From the NCBI GenBank assembly GCA_046497075.1, contig JAWOGF010000054.1, positions 3,371-67,370 of the forward strand: a DNA stretch of 64,000 nucleotides. Reading direction: 5' to 3'. The notes under the pieces were generated by a model, which saw nothing but the letters and a program-made list of their open reading frames with translations, was not told where the DNA came from and did not search any database. This document shows positions 10,073 to 19,561 of the stretch, one piece after another (within the stretch, counting starts at the first letter, position 1; each line of letters begins with the position of its first letter). This DNA is from Candidatus Saliniplasma sp. (GTDB lineage: Archaea; Thermoplasmatota; Thermoplasmata; Halarchaeoplasmatales; Halarchaeoplasmataceae). The position numbers and the translations under genes were made by a program.

Positions 10073-10588
10073 ATGACCGTAAAAGAAAAAATAAAAAATG
10101 CGTTGACATTAACCCCTCGTTTATTTAAAAGAGAGATCAATAAAAATAGGAGTTCTGTTCCATTTTTGATTTCTATTTCCTTTTTAGCATCCTTTATTGG
10201 CGCAAGGTTATGGGTGATATATTTAGGAGCCGCAGAAACTACTCCTCCACCCACCTCCGTGGGGCGAAATGTTGTTTTGGGGGGATACCATATTCATCAT
10301 ATTACATATGGTATAATATTGATATCTATCTCAGCGTGGTTATCTATAAATTACTGGAGTCGGTCAATTGTAAGGATCAGTTCAATATTGTATGGATTAG
10401 GACTAGGTCTGGTTATTGAGCAATTGGGATTCATCATCGGTGGAATAGAAGCGTATAGGGCGGACATAGAAGTATTTTTTATAGCTGTTCTTATTATAGC
10501 CATCCTTTTGAGTGTTGTGTATTTCCCCTCCTTTTATAGCAGTATGAAAAGGGATATCAAAAGATGGAGAAGGATATTTCAGAGATGA
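10073..10588 (+). CDS. Uncharacterised membrane protein with HIHH motif
   Basis: About 4 hydrophobic segments; GYHIHHITYG. Confidence 0.6.
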   Translation: MTVKEKIKNALTLTPRLFKREINKNRSSVPFLISISFLASFIGARLWVIYLGAAETTPPPTSVGRNVVLGGYHIHHITYGIILISISAWLSINYWSRSIVRISSILYGLGLGLVIEQLGFIIGGIEAYRADIEVFFIAVLIIAILLSVVYFPSFYSSMKRDIKRWRRIFQR

Positions 10589-10589
10589 T

Positions 10590-11231
10590 TCATCCGGTGA
10601 ATTTGCATAAATTGGAAAGCGGGCAAGATATGCATCGAGGCTCTTTCTTCTTACAATATTTTTTACCCAGTTCTACCAGTAGAGCGTGATATTCTTTGTA
10701 AACATCTAATTCGTTTGGTAATTTTGTTTCAAATAAATCCTGTATATCCTGGTATGTTCCTTCATAATTTAAGACCCTTTTTAATATCCTCCTAGTGTAT
10801 GCATCGACGACGAATCTTGGCTCTTCTCCAGCATATAAAATTATGCTGTCAGCAGTTTCGGGGCCTATACCTTTTATTGTCAAAAGAAAATCTCTCAAAT
10901 CATTTCTTTTCAGTAATGAATCTATGTTCCCGTTATCCGATATAGCGTTAGCTAGTCTTTTTAGTCTTTTAGACTTCTGTTTATAGAAACCTGTCGGTTT
11001 TATTAGGTACTGGATGTTTTTCATACTAGAATTTTTTATGGCGGTTGGATTCAGCATTTTCTTTTCTCTTAAATTTTCGATAGCCCTCTTAACATTAACC
11101 CAACTCACGTTTTGGGTCAATATAGCTCCCACCATCATCTCGAATTTTGTATCTGCCGGCCACCAATTTTGTTCCCCAAATTCAGTTTTCAGGATATCGT
11201 ATATGCGCATCAATACTTTTGATTCTACCAT
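10590..11231 (-). CDS. HhH-GPD DNA glycosylase, endonuclease III-related, with 4Fe-4S motif
   Basis: WWPA, GAILTQN, IKGIGPETADSI, VVDAY, C-terminal C-x7-C-x2-C-x5-C. Confidence 0.88.
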   Translation of the reverse strand: MVESKVLMRIYDILKTEFGEQNWWPADTKFEMMVGAILTQNVSWVNVKRAIENLREKKMLNPTAIKNSSMKNIQYLIKPTGFYKQKSKRLKRLANAISDNGNIDSLLKRNDLRDFLLTIKGIGPETADSIILYAGEEPRFVVDAYTRRILKRVLNYEGTYQDIQDLFETKLPNELDVYKEYHALLVELGKKYCKKKEPRCISCPLSNLCKFTG

Positions 11232-11334
11232 CTATCTGGATATCAACACAGACCCATATAAATCGTTTTTCCACTTTCATATATCTCATCCCTCTCTCCG
11301 TAAAGATTAAGTTCTCATTTCAAGATTAATAACT

Positions 11335-12435
11335 ATGCGGAGTAAAGGTACCGTAGACTTACCTCTACACGGGGGTCGAACTCCCCGGTGGTTATTCGAG
11401 AAGATGGTAGAACTCAGTAGATCTATAACCGAAGTGATTATTGATGAGTATGGTAAAAAGGAGTTCCTCGAGAGGATCACCGATCCGTACTGGTTTCAAG
11501 CCTTATCATGTACCATCGGGTTTGACTGGCATTCGAGTGGTACAACAACGACCACTTGTGGTGCACTGAAAGTAGCTTTAGATCCTGAAGAACATGGCAT
11601 AGCTTTTCTCGGCGGGAAAGGTAAGGCTAGTATGAGGACACCAGAAGAGATTAGATCTTTGGAGGAACATTTTCAGCTATCTCCGAAAAGATATGATGAT
11701 ATGTCATATACCTCTAAGATGATCGCTAAAGTGGACAACACCTGTATACAGGATAGATATAGTTTATATCATCATTCGTTTATTCTGGCAGAATCTGGAG
11801 ATTGGGGTGTTATCCAGCAGGGCATGAATGATGAAATTGGGTATGCTAGAAGATACCATTGGCTTTCTAATGAAATAGATGATTTATTAGAGGACCCTCA
11901 TAAAGGAGTATGTTGTGACCGTAAAGAAATAGACGTTCTAAATATGACCGATAGAAGGAGTGAAGATGCTAAGGAGATATCTGTTGACCTAATAAACGAT
12001 GATCCAGAGCATCTAAGGAAGTATTTCAGGAAGAAAGGTCAAACGACGTTAACTAATTTTCATGAAGAGATAGAGATGCCCAGTCGTCATCAAGTTTTGG
12101 ATATGGATATATCTAAAAAGGGATGGAGTACCTTGGAAAGAGCTTATGAAATTCAACCTACAGATTACGAAGAATTGATCTCTTTGGAAGGGATGGGTCC
12201 AAAAAAGATCAGAGCCTTGGCTTTAGTTTCGGATCTGATTTATGGTTCTGAACCAAGCTGGAAGGATCCGGTCAAATACAGTTTTGCACACGGAGGTAAG
12301 GATGGCACCCCTTTCCCTGTAGATGAAGAGATTTATAATTCTACTATCGATAATCTAAAAACGGTTTTGGAACAATCGGAAGTAAGAGAAAAGAGTAAAA
12401 AAAATGCCCTAAAAAGATTGAATAAATTGATTTGA
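11335..12435 (+). CDS. DUF763-family protein
   Basis: LPLHGG..P.WL, GFDWHSSGTTT, QQGMN, ARRYHW, SFAHGGKDG. Confidence 0.85.
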   Translation: MRSKGTVDLPLHGGRTPRWLFEKMVELSRSITEVIIDEYGKKEFLERITDPYWFQALSCTIGFDWHSSGTTTTTCGALKVALDPEEHGIAFLGGKGKASMRTPEEIRSLEEHFQLSPKRYDDMSYTSKMIAKVDNTCIQDRYSLYHHSFILAESGDWGVIQQGMNDEIGYARRYHWLSNEIDDLLEDPHKGVCCDRKEIDVLNMTDRRSEDAKEISVDLINDDPEHLRKYFRKKGQTTLTNFHEEIEMPSRHQVLDMDISKKGWSTLERAYEIQPTDYEELISLEGMGPKKIRALALVSDLIYGSEPSWKDPVKYSFAHGGKDGTPFPVDEEIYNSTIDNLKTVLEQSEVREKSKKNALKRLNKLI

Positions 12436-12522
12436 AAAAGGGTTTAGATATCTTTCTGGGATATGACCACAACCTTTATAACAAACTAATTTCATGAAAA
12501 ATATAGGACAATTGGTGGTCAT

Positions 12523-13731
12523 TTGGAAGAAGAAGATATTAGGAACAGTTCGAAGAAGCTGACACAGAAGATCGATGAGATTCAAAAGAAACACGAGCAG
12601 CTTCTAGAAGAAACTAATACTCAGGGTTTCAATGACGACTATGTTAGGACTGAATTGGAACGGTTGAAGAGGGAGACACGTGAAATAAAAAAAGAGATAG
12701 CCCGATTGAAGAAACCCCCTCTTATCGTCGGTACAATCAAAGAATCTTTACCGAATGGCCAAGCAGTCATCGAAAGTTCTACCGGACCGGATTTTATAGT
12801 TAATGTTGCGGATTATCTTCCTAAAAAGCTTATCAAATCTGGTACGAGGGTCGCACTAAATAAACAGACCTTATCTATCGTTAAGACCCTACCACCATCT
12901 GCTGACCCAAACATCATGGGGGCTGAAATAGTATCAAAACCAGAAGTAACTTATGATGACATTGGGGGTTTAGACGAGAAGATTCTAGAAGTGAGGGAAA
13001 CGATAGAAGAACCATTACTTTATCCAGAAAAATTTGAAAAAGTCGGTATCGACCCCCCTAAGGGTGTTCTTCTAGTTGGACCACCTGGTACGGGTAAAAC
13101 GATGATAGCTAAGGCAGCTGCTAGAAGGACAAATGCTACATTCATCAAATTCGTAGGTTCTGAGCTCGTTCAGAAATATATCGGTGAAGGAGCTAGAATG
13201 GTGAGAGAGTTATTTGATATGGCTCGTGATAAAGCCCCGACTATAATTTTCATTGATGAGTTAGACTCTGTTGCGACTAAAAGGTTAGAAGGGGCCACTT
13301 CTGGAGATAGAGAAGTTCAAAGGACTATGATGCAGTTGCTTTCAGAACTAGATGGATTCGAGCCAGTAGGAGATGTTAAAGTAATGGGAGCTACTAATAG
13401 ACCCGAACTACTAGATAAAGCTCTCTTACGACCTGGTAGATTTGATAGGATCATAAAGATACCTTTACCAGACTTAAAAGCTAGAAAAAAGATCTTTAAG
13501 ATTCACATGGGGAATATGTCCCTTGAGGACGGCATAAACTTGGAGAATCTATCTAGAAGAACTGATAATGCTAGTGGAGCGGACATCAAAGCTATCTGTA
13601 CCGAAGCAGGGATGTTTTCAATCAGAGATAATCGAGACAGAACGAGTTATGATGATTTCATAAAAGCCATAGATAAGGTTTTAAATGATTCCCCTGAAAG
13701 AGAGATAAAGAAGCAAGTTATGTTCGCTTAG
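12523..13731 (+). CDS. pan: Proteasome-activating nucleotidase (AAA+ ATPase)
   Basis: N-terminal coiled coil and OB domain; GPPGTGKT, IFIDELD, LRPGRFDR; C-terminal MFA (HbYX-like). Confidence 0.93.
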   Translation: MEEEDIRNSSKKLTQKIDEIQKKHEQLLEETNTQGFNDDYVRTELERLKRETREIKKEIARLKKPPLIVGTIKESLPNGQAVIESSTGPDFIVNVADYLPKKLIKSGTRVALNKQTLSIVKTLPPSADPNIMGAEIVSKPEVTYDDIGGLDEKILEVRETIEEPLLYPEKFEKVGIDPPKGVLLVGPPGTGKTMIAKAAARRTNATFIKFVGSELVQKYIGEGARMVRELFDMARDKAPTIIFIDELDSVATKRLEGATSGDREVQRTMMQLLSELDGFEPVGDVKVMGATNRPELLDKALLRPGRFDRIIKIPLPDLKARKKIFKIHMGNMSLEDGINLENLSRRTDNASGADIKAICTEAGMFSIRDNRDRTSYDDFIKAIDKVLNDSPEREIKKQVMFA

Positions 13732-13763
13732 ATAAAAGATTGGACTAAGAGGTCGAACTTGAA

Positions 13764-13928
13764 TTATCGTTTTGGATTTTCTTCTAAATCCTCTTCTATT
13801 ACTAAGACTCCAACATAATCGCATTCTCTACAGTGATATTTGTATCCAGTCATCATACCTGCAACTGAAACGATATCTGTGCTCCCACAGTTGGGACATC
13901 TCTTGATACTTTTACTGATATTTATCAA
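13764..13928 (-). CDS. 54-aa zinc-ribbon microprotein (not in ORF track)
   Basis: TTG start; MINISKSIKRCPNCGSTDIVSVAGMMTGYKYHCRECDYVGVLVIEEDLEENPKR with CPxCG...CxxC. Confidence 0.7.
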   Translation of the reverse strand: MINISKSIKRCPNCGSTDIVSVAGMMTGYKYHCRECDYVGVLVIEEDLEENPKR

Positions 13929-13939
13929 CCTTTTATTGA

Positions 13940-14156
13940 TGTTGTCCCCTGGCTGTAACAGTAAGGTTCATCGTAGGGGACATCCATCTCCCCCTCCTGA
14001 CTCTAGCCAGGGGTTTGTCCAATCCTGGGGTTGGTCCTAGATCATCGAAGGACATCACGTCCTGAACTCACAAGGGGACCCATCAGGATCATGTCCTGCA
14101 CTTGCATCACGGTTCATAGTCCTGGGAAACTTGCCGTGACCTTCTATGCAGGACAT
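13940..14156 (-). ncRNA. Probable three-hairpin box H/ACA pseudouridylation guide RNA
   Basis: GC-rich island in AT-rich intergenic DNA. Three consecutive stem-internal loop-stem units, each followed by ACA (14094-14092, 14018-14016, 13945-13943; spacing 76 and 73 nt), each with a (G)AUGA K-turn-like motif in the upper part. Confidence 0.72.
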
Positions 14157-14335
14157 ATAAAACACCGTCAATCTGATATATCAATCCATCGGAAAATAGG
14201 TATTCGTAATATCATACATATCGAGATTTCGTATCGATCTCATATCATTTTCTGGAATAGAGACAAAAAGTATATATAATCTGTTATTGTGATAAAGCGA
14301 TAATATATGACTGATCTGGCAAATGGAGGAACCTG

Positions 14336-14815
14336 ATGCCAAAAGGCCAGTATAGCGATGAGAAAATATTGTTAATCGCAAGTTATAGGGAAGAGTACGA
14401 TAAAAAGGCCCTAAAGAAGATAAAGAAATATATTTTAAAGATCGATCCAGATAGGATCGTCATATCTAAGATCATAGAAGAAGATTCTACGCCTGAACTT
14501 GTGGATGCTACTGTCGGGATGGAAAAGAAAAAAGATTTTTTAGAAACAGTTAGAGAGGAAAAGAAGAATCAGGCGAATGAGTATGCTGAAAGTTTGATTA
14601 AGCTAGTTGAATCCATAGATATCCCAACAGAAGTACGACTTAGAAAGACAGAAGAGATATCTGATGAGATCATCGATGATTATAAGAAGATCGGAGTGGA
14701 TTATGTGATCATCCACAGTTCTACAAAAGGTCCTATCTCTAGGGCGCTCGGAGGCTCGACCGCAAAAAGGGTAAAAAAGAAACTTCCTGACAAATCGGTT
14801 ATCTCTGTGGATTAG
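14336..14815 (+). CDS. Universal stress protein (UspA family)
   Basis: C-terminal VDYVIIHSS..GPISRALGGSTAKRVKK..SVISV; typical size. Confidence 0.75.
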   Translation: MPKGQYSDEKILLIASYREEYDKKALKKIKKYILKIDPDRIVISKIIEEDSTPELVDATVGMEKKKDFLETVREEKKNQANEYAESLIKLVESIDIPTEVRLRKTEEISDEIIDDYKKIGVDYVIIHSSTKGPISRALGGSTAKRVKKKLPDKSVISVD

Positions 14816-14891
14816 TTTTCCAAAATGTATTTTTAGAATCAAATAAAGGATAACCCAAAATGTTTTATTATATTCTAAAGGATGTTGGTTT

Positions 14892-16712
14892 ATGTCACTT
14901 GTAAGATTGGGTAAATTACATCTACACTGGTGTAATAATTGTAACACACCTTTAGTTGAGGAAGGAAACTGTGGTATCTGTTCTTCAGAGGGTGTACAAG
15001 TTAAAATCACTCCTCCTGGGGACGTAAGACCTGCTTTTGAATCTGATAAAGAGCTTATAAAAAATACCATAAATAGACAATGGGGGGATTCATATTTTAA
15101 AAGGGTGTTAGGTGAAAAAGAAGTGATCCTTCTAAATAGTTCCCCTCATCTGGATAGGATGGATGAGGTGATAGTCGATGGAAGGGTGATCGGTAACCTA
15201 AGATACAACCTTTACAAGAAAGCAAAAGGGAAAGAACCCTATGAATTTTTGATAAGACCCTGGGAGGGACTTTATGAACCTGAAAAGGGATACATTATCG
15301 TTGATGATGGGGCTGTTGAACCGATCTTAAATGGGGCTAGTATACTGGCTCCAGGAATAATCGACGTAGATGATGACGTCGTTAAAGACGACGAAGTATT
15401 GATTTTAGATGGTGAGGGTAATGTGATTTCAACCGGTCCCGCACAGATGGACGCTAAAGAAATGATAGAATCGGATTATGGTAAAGCGGTCAAGAACCGT
15501 TGGAGGGTGTCAGATTTTACTATTAGGGAAAAGTCTGCGGATTGGGATAAGGTATTGAAGGCAAATGGACATTTGATCAAGAATAGAGTTGAAAATGCCG
15601 TTGATTTTATCAAAAGAGAAGTAGAGAAAAATGACCTTCCTCCAGTAGTGGCTTTTAGTGGGGGAAAAGATTCTTTGGCAACTCTACATCTCGTACTGGA
15701 CTCCGATGTAACACCAGACTTATTGTTTATAGATACCGGCATTGAACTACCGGAGACCATAGAGAACGTGAAAAATACTGCTGATAAGCATGATCTCAAA
15801 CTTGTTTCGAAAAAAGCGAGAAGTGGTTATTGGAAAAATGTAGATCATTTTGGTCCCTCAGCTAGGGATTATCGATGGTGCTGTAAAACCTGTAAATTAG
15901 GTCCAACGGCTCTTTTGATCGATGAAGAATATCCTGGGGGTATACTATCATTCATCGGACAGCGAAGATATGAATCTAAGCAGAGGATGGATAAGGGTAG
16001 TACATGGAATAACCCTTGGGTCCCTGGTCAAGAGGCAGCTTCTCCGATCCAGGATTGGACTGCTCTTCATGTCTGGATGTATTTATTTATCAAGGATGCG
16101 GAGTACAATCCACTTTACGAAAAAGGATTCGAGAGGATAGGATGTTGGCTATGCCCAGCTTCAGATATAGCTGAATTAGAATCCTTAAAAGACAGATTTG
16201 AGAAATTTCATAAATTAGATAAAATTTTAGAAAACTACATGAAAAAAGCTGGTCTACCCGAGATATGGAAAGAGCTGGGTATTTGGCGATGGAGAGAGAT
16301 ACCTGAAAATATGAAAAAGGTATTGGATAAGTTAGGAGAAGATTATGAACCTAATACTTCCTCTAGATCATCGAGACCATCTGTTTCAGAGATGTTAGAT
16401 GATGAGAAGACTAGGAATTTACTTCAGATAATTTTACCGGAAGAAGAGAAGATAAAAGCCGCTGATATCACAAAAGAAAAGATCCAGGATCTCTTGGATA
16501 GAAACAGATTATATGTAGAAGAAATCTATGAGATATATCTTAAATCTAAGTATTGTACCGAATGTGGTATATGTGTAGCAAGATGTCCAAATGATGCTCT
16601 TGTTTTTGATGAAGGTATATCGGTAAAGTCTGAAAGATGTGATAGCTGCCGTTCATGTTTGGGTAAATGTCCTGTTGTAGAGTTCGATGAAAGGGTGATC
16701 TATCCAGAGTAG
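14892..16712 (+). CDS. PAPS-reductase-family protein with N-terminal Cys cluster, PUA domain and C-terminal 2x[4Fe-4S] ferredoxin
   Basis: WCNNC/CGIC; PUA-like VDDGAVEPILNGASILAPGI; FSGGKDS, RWCCKTCK, RIGCWLCP; CTECGICVARCP and CDSCRSCLGKCP. Confidence 0.85.
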   Translation: MSLVRLGKLHLHWCNNCNTPLVEEGNCGICSSEGVQVKITPPGDVRPAFESDKELIKNTINRQWGDSYFKRVLGEKEVILLNSSPHLDRMDEVIVDGRVIGNLRYNLYKKAKGKEPYEFLIRPWEGLYEPEKGYIIVDDGAVEPILNGASILAPGIIDVDDDVVKDDEVLILDGEGNVISTGPAQMDAKEMIESDYGKAVKNRWRVSDFTIREKSADWDKVLKANGHLIKNRVENAVDFIKREVEKNDLPPVVAFSGGKDSLATLHLVLDSDVTPDLLFIDTGIELPETIENVKNTADKHDLKLVSKKARSGYWKNVDHFGPSARDYRWCCKTCKLGPTALLIDEEYPGGILSFIGQRRYESKQRMDKGSTWNNPWVPGQEAASPIQDWTALHVWMYLFIKDAEYNPLYEKGFERIGCWLCPASDIAELESLKDRFEKFHKLDKILENYMKKAGLPEIWKELGIWRWREIPENMKKVLDKLGEDYEPNTSSRSSRPSVSEMLDDEKTRNLLQIILPEEEKIKAADITKEKIQDLLDRNRLYVEEIYEIYLKSKYCTECGICVARCPNDALVFDEGISVKSERCDSCRSCLGKCPVVEFDERVIYPE

Positions 16713-16718
16713 TTTTTA

Positions 16719-17831
16719 CTAAAAGAATTCTTTTATATCTTCCACTCCTATGTCGGATTTCAAACCTGTTGGTTTGAAATGCGTTCTAGAAGTTTTAAAT
16801 CCCCTGTCTTGAATTTCATCTTCTAATACTTCCATGGATGGAGGTGCGATCTTAAAATAACTACCTATTGTATTACTGTCATAAAAGAAAGGAGGCATCT
16901 CACATTCACTCAACCAAAGTGATATCATATCTTCATCTAATTTACCAAGAGGTTCCATCCTTTTAAGGATCTTTTTAGAAAAAAGGTCCCCAGACCAGAG
17001 AGGACCTGCTTTTCTCCACTTTTCTCCACACTTATCTTCCTCTTCGTACCAACCTAAGTCGTCAAAATAAAAGGTATCCAAATTATCGATAGCTCTATTT
17101 CCCCTTTTTGCCCCTTCTCTTATCTTCAGATAGGTTCTGAAATGATGCCCATTGTAATACGAAAGTAATGGTGTAGCGCTCTTATCGTATCTGGCAGCCT
17201 CTCTTACGCAGAAACCCACCAGGATACGGAGACCTATCTCGTGGCAGCACCAATTGTTCACAGGGGTTGAGGAATATCTCCTTTGACATACCTTTGTGTA
17301 GGTTCCACACAATGGAGCCGTATCAGTTGAGGTCACAGCGATGACCCCTCTATTAGATACAGATTTAACTGCCGGAGAATAATAAGGGACGGGAGTGCCG
17401 AACGGATCTATATCGACGTAATCATACTTGTAACGGTTTTCAAGTAGGTGTATTTCAATAGCCTCTTTATTCGGTTTAACATTATTTAAATTGTTCAATT
17501 CGATGTTTTTTTTGATCAGTTCGAATGAACCTTTATCTACGTCATTTACTACTACTTTCTTACACCCCACTTCTTTGCCGATCCTTACACCTCTTGCTCC
17601 AGAGGCAGCCATACCATCTAACAAGATCTCATCCCCTTCACATATTGTTTTTAAAAACGAGATGCATATATCTCTATTGAGTTCCATAGAAGGATTATAG
17701 AAGATCTCTGCTTGAGAACTTTTTGGACCTATTTTTTTTTCATGTTTTGGAACTAGGAGTTGTGTTTTGCCCTCACGGACTTTTATCAATTCCACAGATA
17801 GCCTCCCTTTATCTAACTTATAGATCATCAC
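16719..17831 (-). CDS. trm1: tRNA (guanine26-N2)-dimethyltransferase
   Basis: FYNPSMELNRD, ASGARGVR, DIDPFGTP, HEIGLRIL, GPLWSG, SRTHF. Confidence 0.93.
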   Translation of the reverse strand: MMIYKLDKGRLSVELIKVREGKTQLLVPKHEKKIGPKSSQAEIFYNPSMELNRDICISFLKTICEGDEILLDGMAASGARGVRIGKEVGCKKVVVNDVDKGSFELIKKNIELNNLNNVKPNKEAIEIHLLENRYKYDYVDIDPFGTPVPYYSPAVKSVSNRGVIAVTSTDTAPLCGTYTKVCQRRYSSTPVNNWCCHEIGLRILVGFCVREAARYDKSATPLLSYYNGHHFRTYLKIREGAKRGNRAIDNLDTFYFDDLGWYEEEDKCGEKWRKAGPLWSGDLFSKKILKRMEPLGKLDEDMISLWLSECEMPPFFYDSNTIGSYFKIAPPSMEVLEDEIQDRGFKTSRTHFKPTGLKSDIGVEDIKEFF

Positions 17832-18370
17832 ATCTCTTCTTTGAAAAGATCTACTACTTTATAGGGAAGCAGGTCTCTGTTAACATCTGTGAGTTCCAAC
17901 ATCCTAACATCGTCTCTTCTTCTAACATCTTGTAACAGCGGATTTCTTGATTTTTTATTGAAAGTTAGGATCATGGGTTTGTTGACATCTAATGCGATTT
18001 TAACAATTTTATTGAACTCTTCGCTTTCTACTTCCATCTTTCCGATTTCATCAACCAATATCAAATCATCATTTCTGATAGCGTTTTCGACCGCTCTCAC
18101 ACCTACTTGGTTTAATGCATCTATATCGACTCCGTACCCCTTTATGTCTATTTTAGAATCAAGATTAAGATGTGCGAAGACGGCTTTTTCTTTTGTTTTC
18201 CAATTCATCACCTGAAAGCCCATCTGTCTATTATCTTCAAGGATAGGTTCAGTGATCATACCGCCTACTGTCACCCCCTCTTCCGAAAGCATACTTATGA
18301 TCCTTTTCAAGGTATCGGTCTTGCCGATGCCTATGACACCACTAATACCAACTTTCAAACTTTTAACCAT
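17828..18370 (-). CDS. Nucleoside-triphosphatase (THEP1/NTPase_1 family)
   Basis: Walker A GVIGIGKT, GGMITE, LVDEIGKME; start probably ATG at 18370. Confidence 0.85.
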   Translation of the reverse strand: MVKSLKVGISGVIGIGKTDTLKRIISMLSEEGVTVGGMITEPILEDNRQMGFQVMNWKTKEKAVFAHLNLDSKIDIKGYGVDIDALNQVGVRAVENAIRNDDLILVDEIGKMEVESEEFNKIVKIALDVNKPMILTFNKKSRNPLLQDVRRRDDVRMLELTDVNRDLLPYKVVDLFKEEM

Positions 18371-18447
18371 CTTATCTACTATCCTTAAACGCACTTCTAA
18401 TACTAGTATTTTGTTTAAAACTCTATCCGTAAAACTACTCAAGAGAA

Positions 18448-18843
18448 TTATCCGAGTTTATTAACGTACATCAGAGGGTAATTTAATTCTTCTACGTATC
18501 TTAATATCCCTTCAGCTTTTATTCCATCGTATTCCACAGATATCTTTGCCTCTATCATGTCTTCAGTCAATGTTGTGTATTCAAAGATACCCTCTTCTTT
18601 TTCATCTTTTGACTTCTCCAAGTTTATACTGATGTGGGCGGATTTTACATAAGCTTGTCTCTCCGTAGTTTTTTCCATAGCTCTAGCCAGTATATCAGCA
18701 TTTTCTTCACTGACAGGGGAACCTATGAACTGGTGAAATAGGGAACCTAGTTTTATGCCGAGTTCAAATGCTGTTCTTTCTTTTTTGGTACACTTAAAAT
18801 ATCTATCTGCGATCTTCTCTTTTTCCGTAGTCATATTTATCAA
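18448..18843 (-). CDS. mptD: Archaeal dihydroneopterin aldolase
   Basis: ERTAFELGIKLGSLFHQFIGSP and C-terminal YPLMY. Confidence 0.85.
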   Translation of the reverse strand: MINMTTEKEKIADRYFKCTKKERTAFELGIKLGSLFHQFIGSPVSEENADILARAMEKTTERQAYVKSAHISINLEKSKDEKEEGIFEYTTLTEDMIEAKISVEYDGIKAEGILRYVEELNYPLMYVNKLG

Positions 18844-19561
18844 CCAAGATGGGTCCTAAGAGTATGTACAACGTACATATTGAAAGTATTATCCATATAA
18901 ATATATTCCCGATATTATCAGAAAATATGTCTGACGAGAAACCTATAATTGCGATTATCAAAAAGAATAATCCGATGAGCTTCCTCTTTATACCTCTCAA
19001 TTTGGGATACTCTATATTGCTGTAAAGTAATAAAGAAATTATCAAGATCACTGATAAAGGTAAATAGGGAGTGACTTTATATATTTCTCCCCATCCAAAG
19101 AAATATGTTGTGCTGAGTATGAATAGGGTATATAAGGGAGTGGGTAAACCAGTATATATCTTATCATTGTGTTTTATATCCGCAAATCTAGAAAGTCTTA
19201 ATACGCCAAAAAAGACGATCATCATAGGTACAATCGTTGCTAATCCATTTATCGGGCATTCCCAGGCCCTACCTAACGTTATGTTATAATAGGATGAATA
19301 GACCAGCATCGCCGGGGCAAAACAAAACGAGATCATATCGGAAAACATGTCCATATATGAACCCAGTTCATGGACTTTATCAAGTTTCCGGGCTAAGTAT
19401 CCATCTAGACCATCCAACCCAATACATAATATCAATATCTTAGAGGAAAGAATATATCTTCCGTCTATGATGTACGTGATCGCAAGAAAACCTAACAAAC
19501 CATTAGTTAAGGTCACATAGTCCGCTGCGCTTAGTCTATGGAACGTTTCTTTAATCTTCAT
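18803..19561 (-). CDS. pssA: CDP-alcohol phosphatidyltransferase (archaetidylserine synthase)
   Basis: DGLDGYLAR...GSYMDMFSD motif; RLSRF, GLPTP; coupled to psd. Confidence 0.85.
   Translation of the reverse strand: MKIKETFHRLSAADYVTLTNGLLGFLAITYIIDGRYILSSKILILCIGLDGLDGYLARKLDKVHELGSYMDMFSDMISFCFAPAMLVYSSYYNITLGRAWECPINGLATIVPMMIVFFGVLRLSRFADIKHNDKIYTGLPTPLYTLFILSTTYFFGWGEIYKVTPYLPLSVILIISLLLYSNIEYPKLRGIKRKLIGLFFLIIAIIGFSSDIFSDNIGNIFIWIILSICTLYILLGPILVDKYDYGKREDRR

Noticed and set aside
13940-14156. Riboswitch, SRP RNA, RNase P RNA or MITE as an explanation for the GC-rich hairpins
   Set aside because: No cobalamin-box, SRP helix-8 or RNase P P4 consensus seen; no terminal inverted repeats with target duplication; the periodic ACA boxes fit H/ACA better
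13840-14381. ORF-track ORFs 13840-14040, 14031-14279 and 14181-14381
   Set aside because: Atypical composition; better explained as shadows over the structured RNA, the Zn-ribbon gene and the usp promoter
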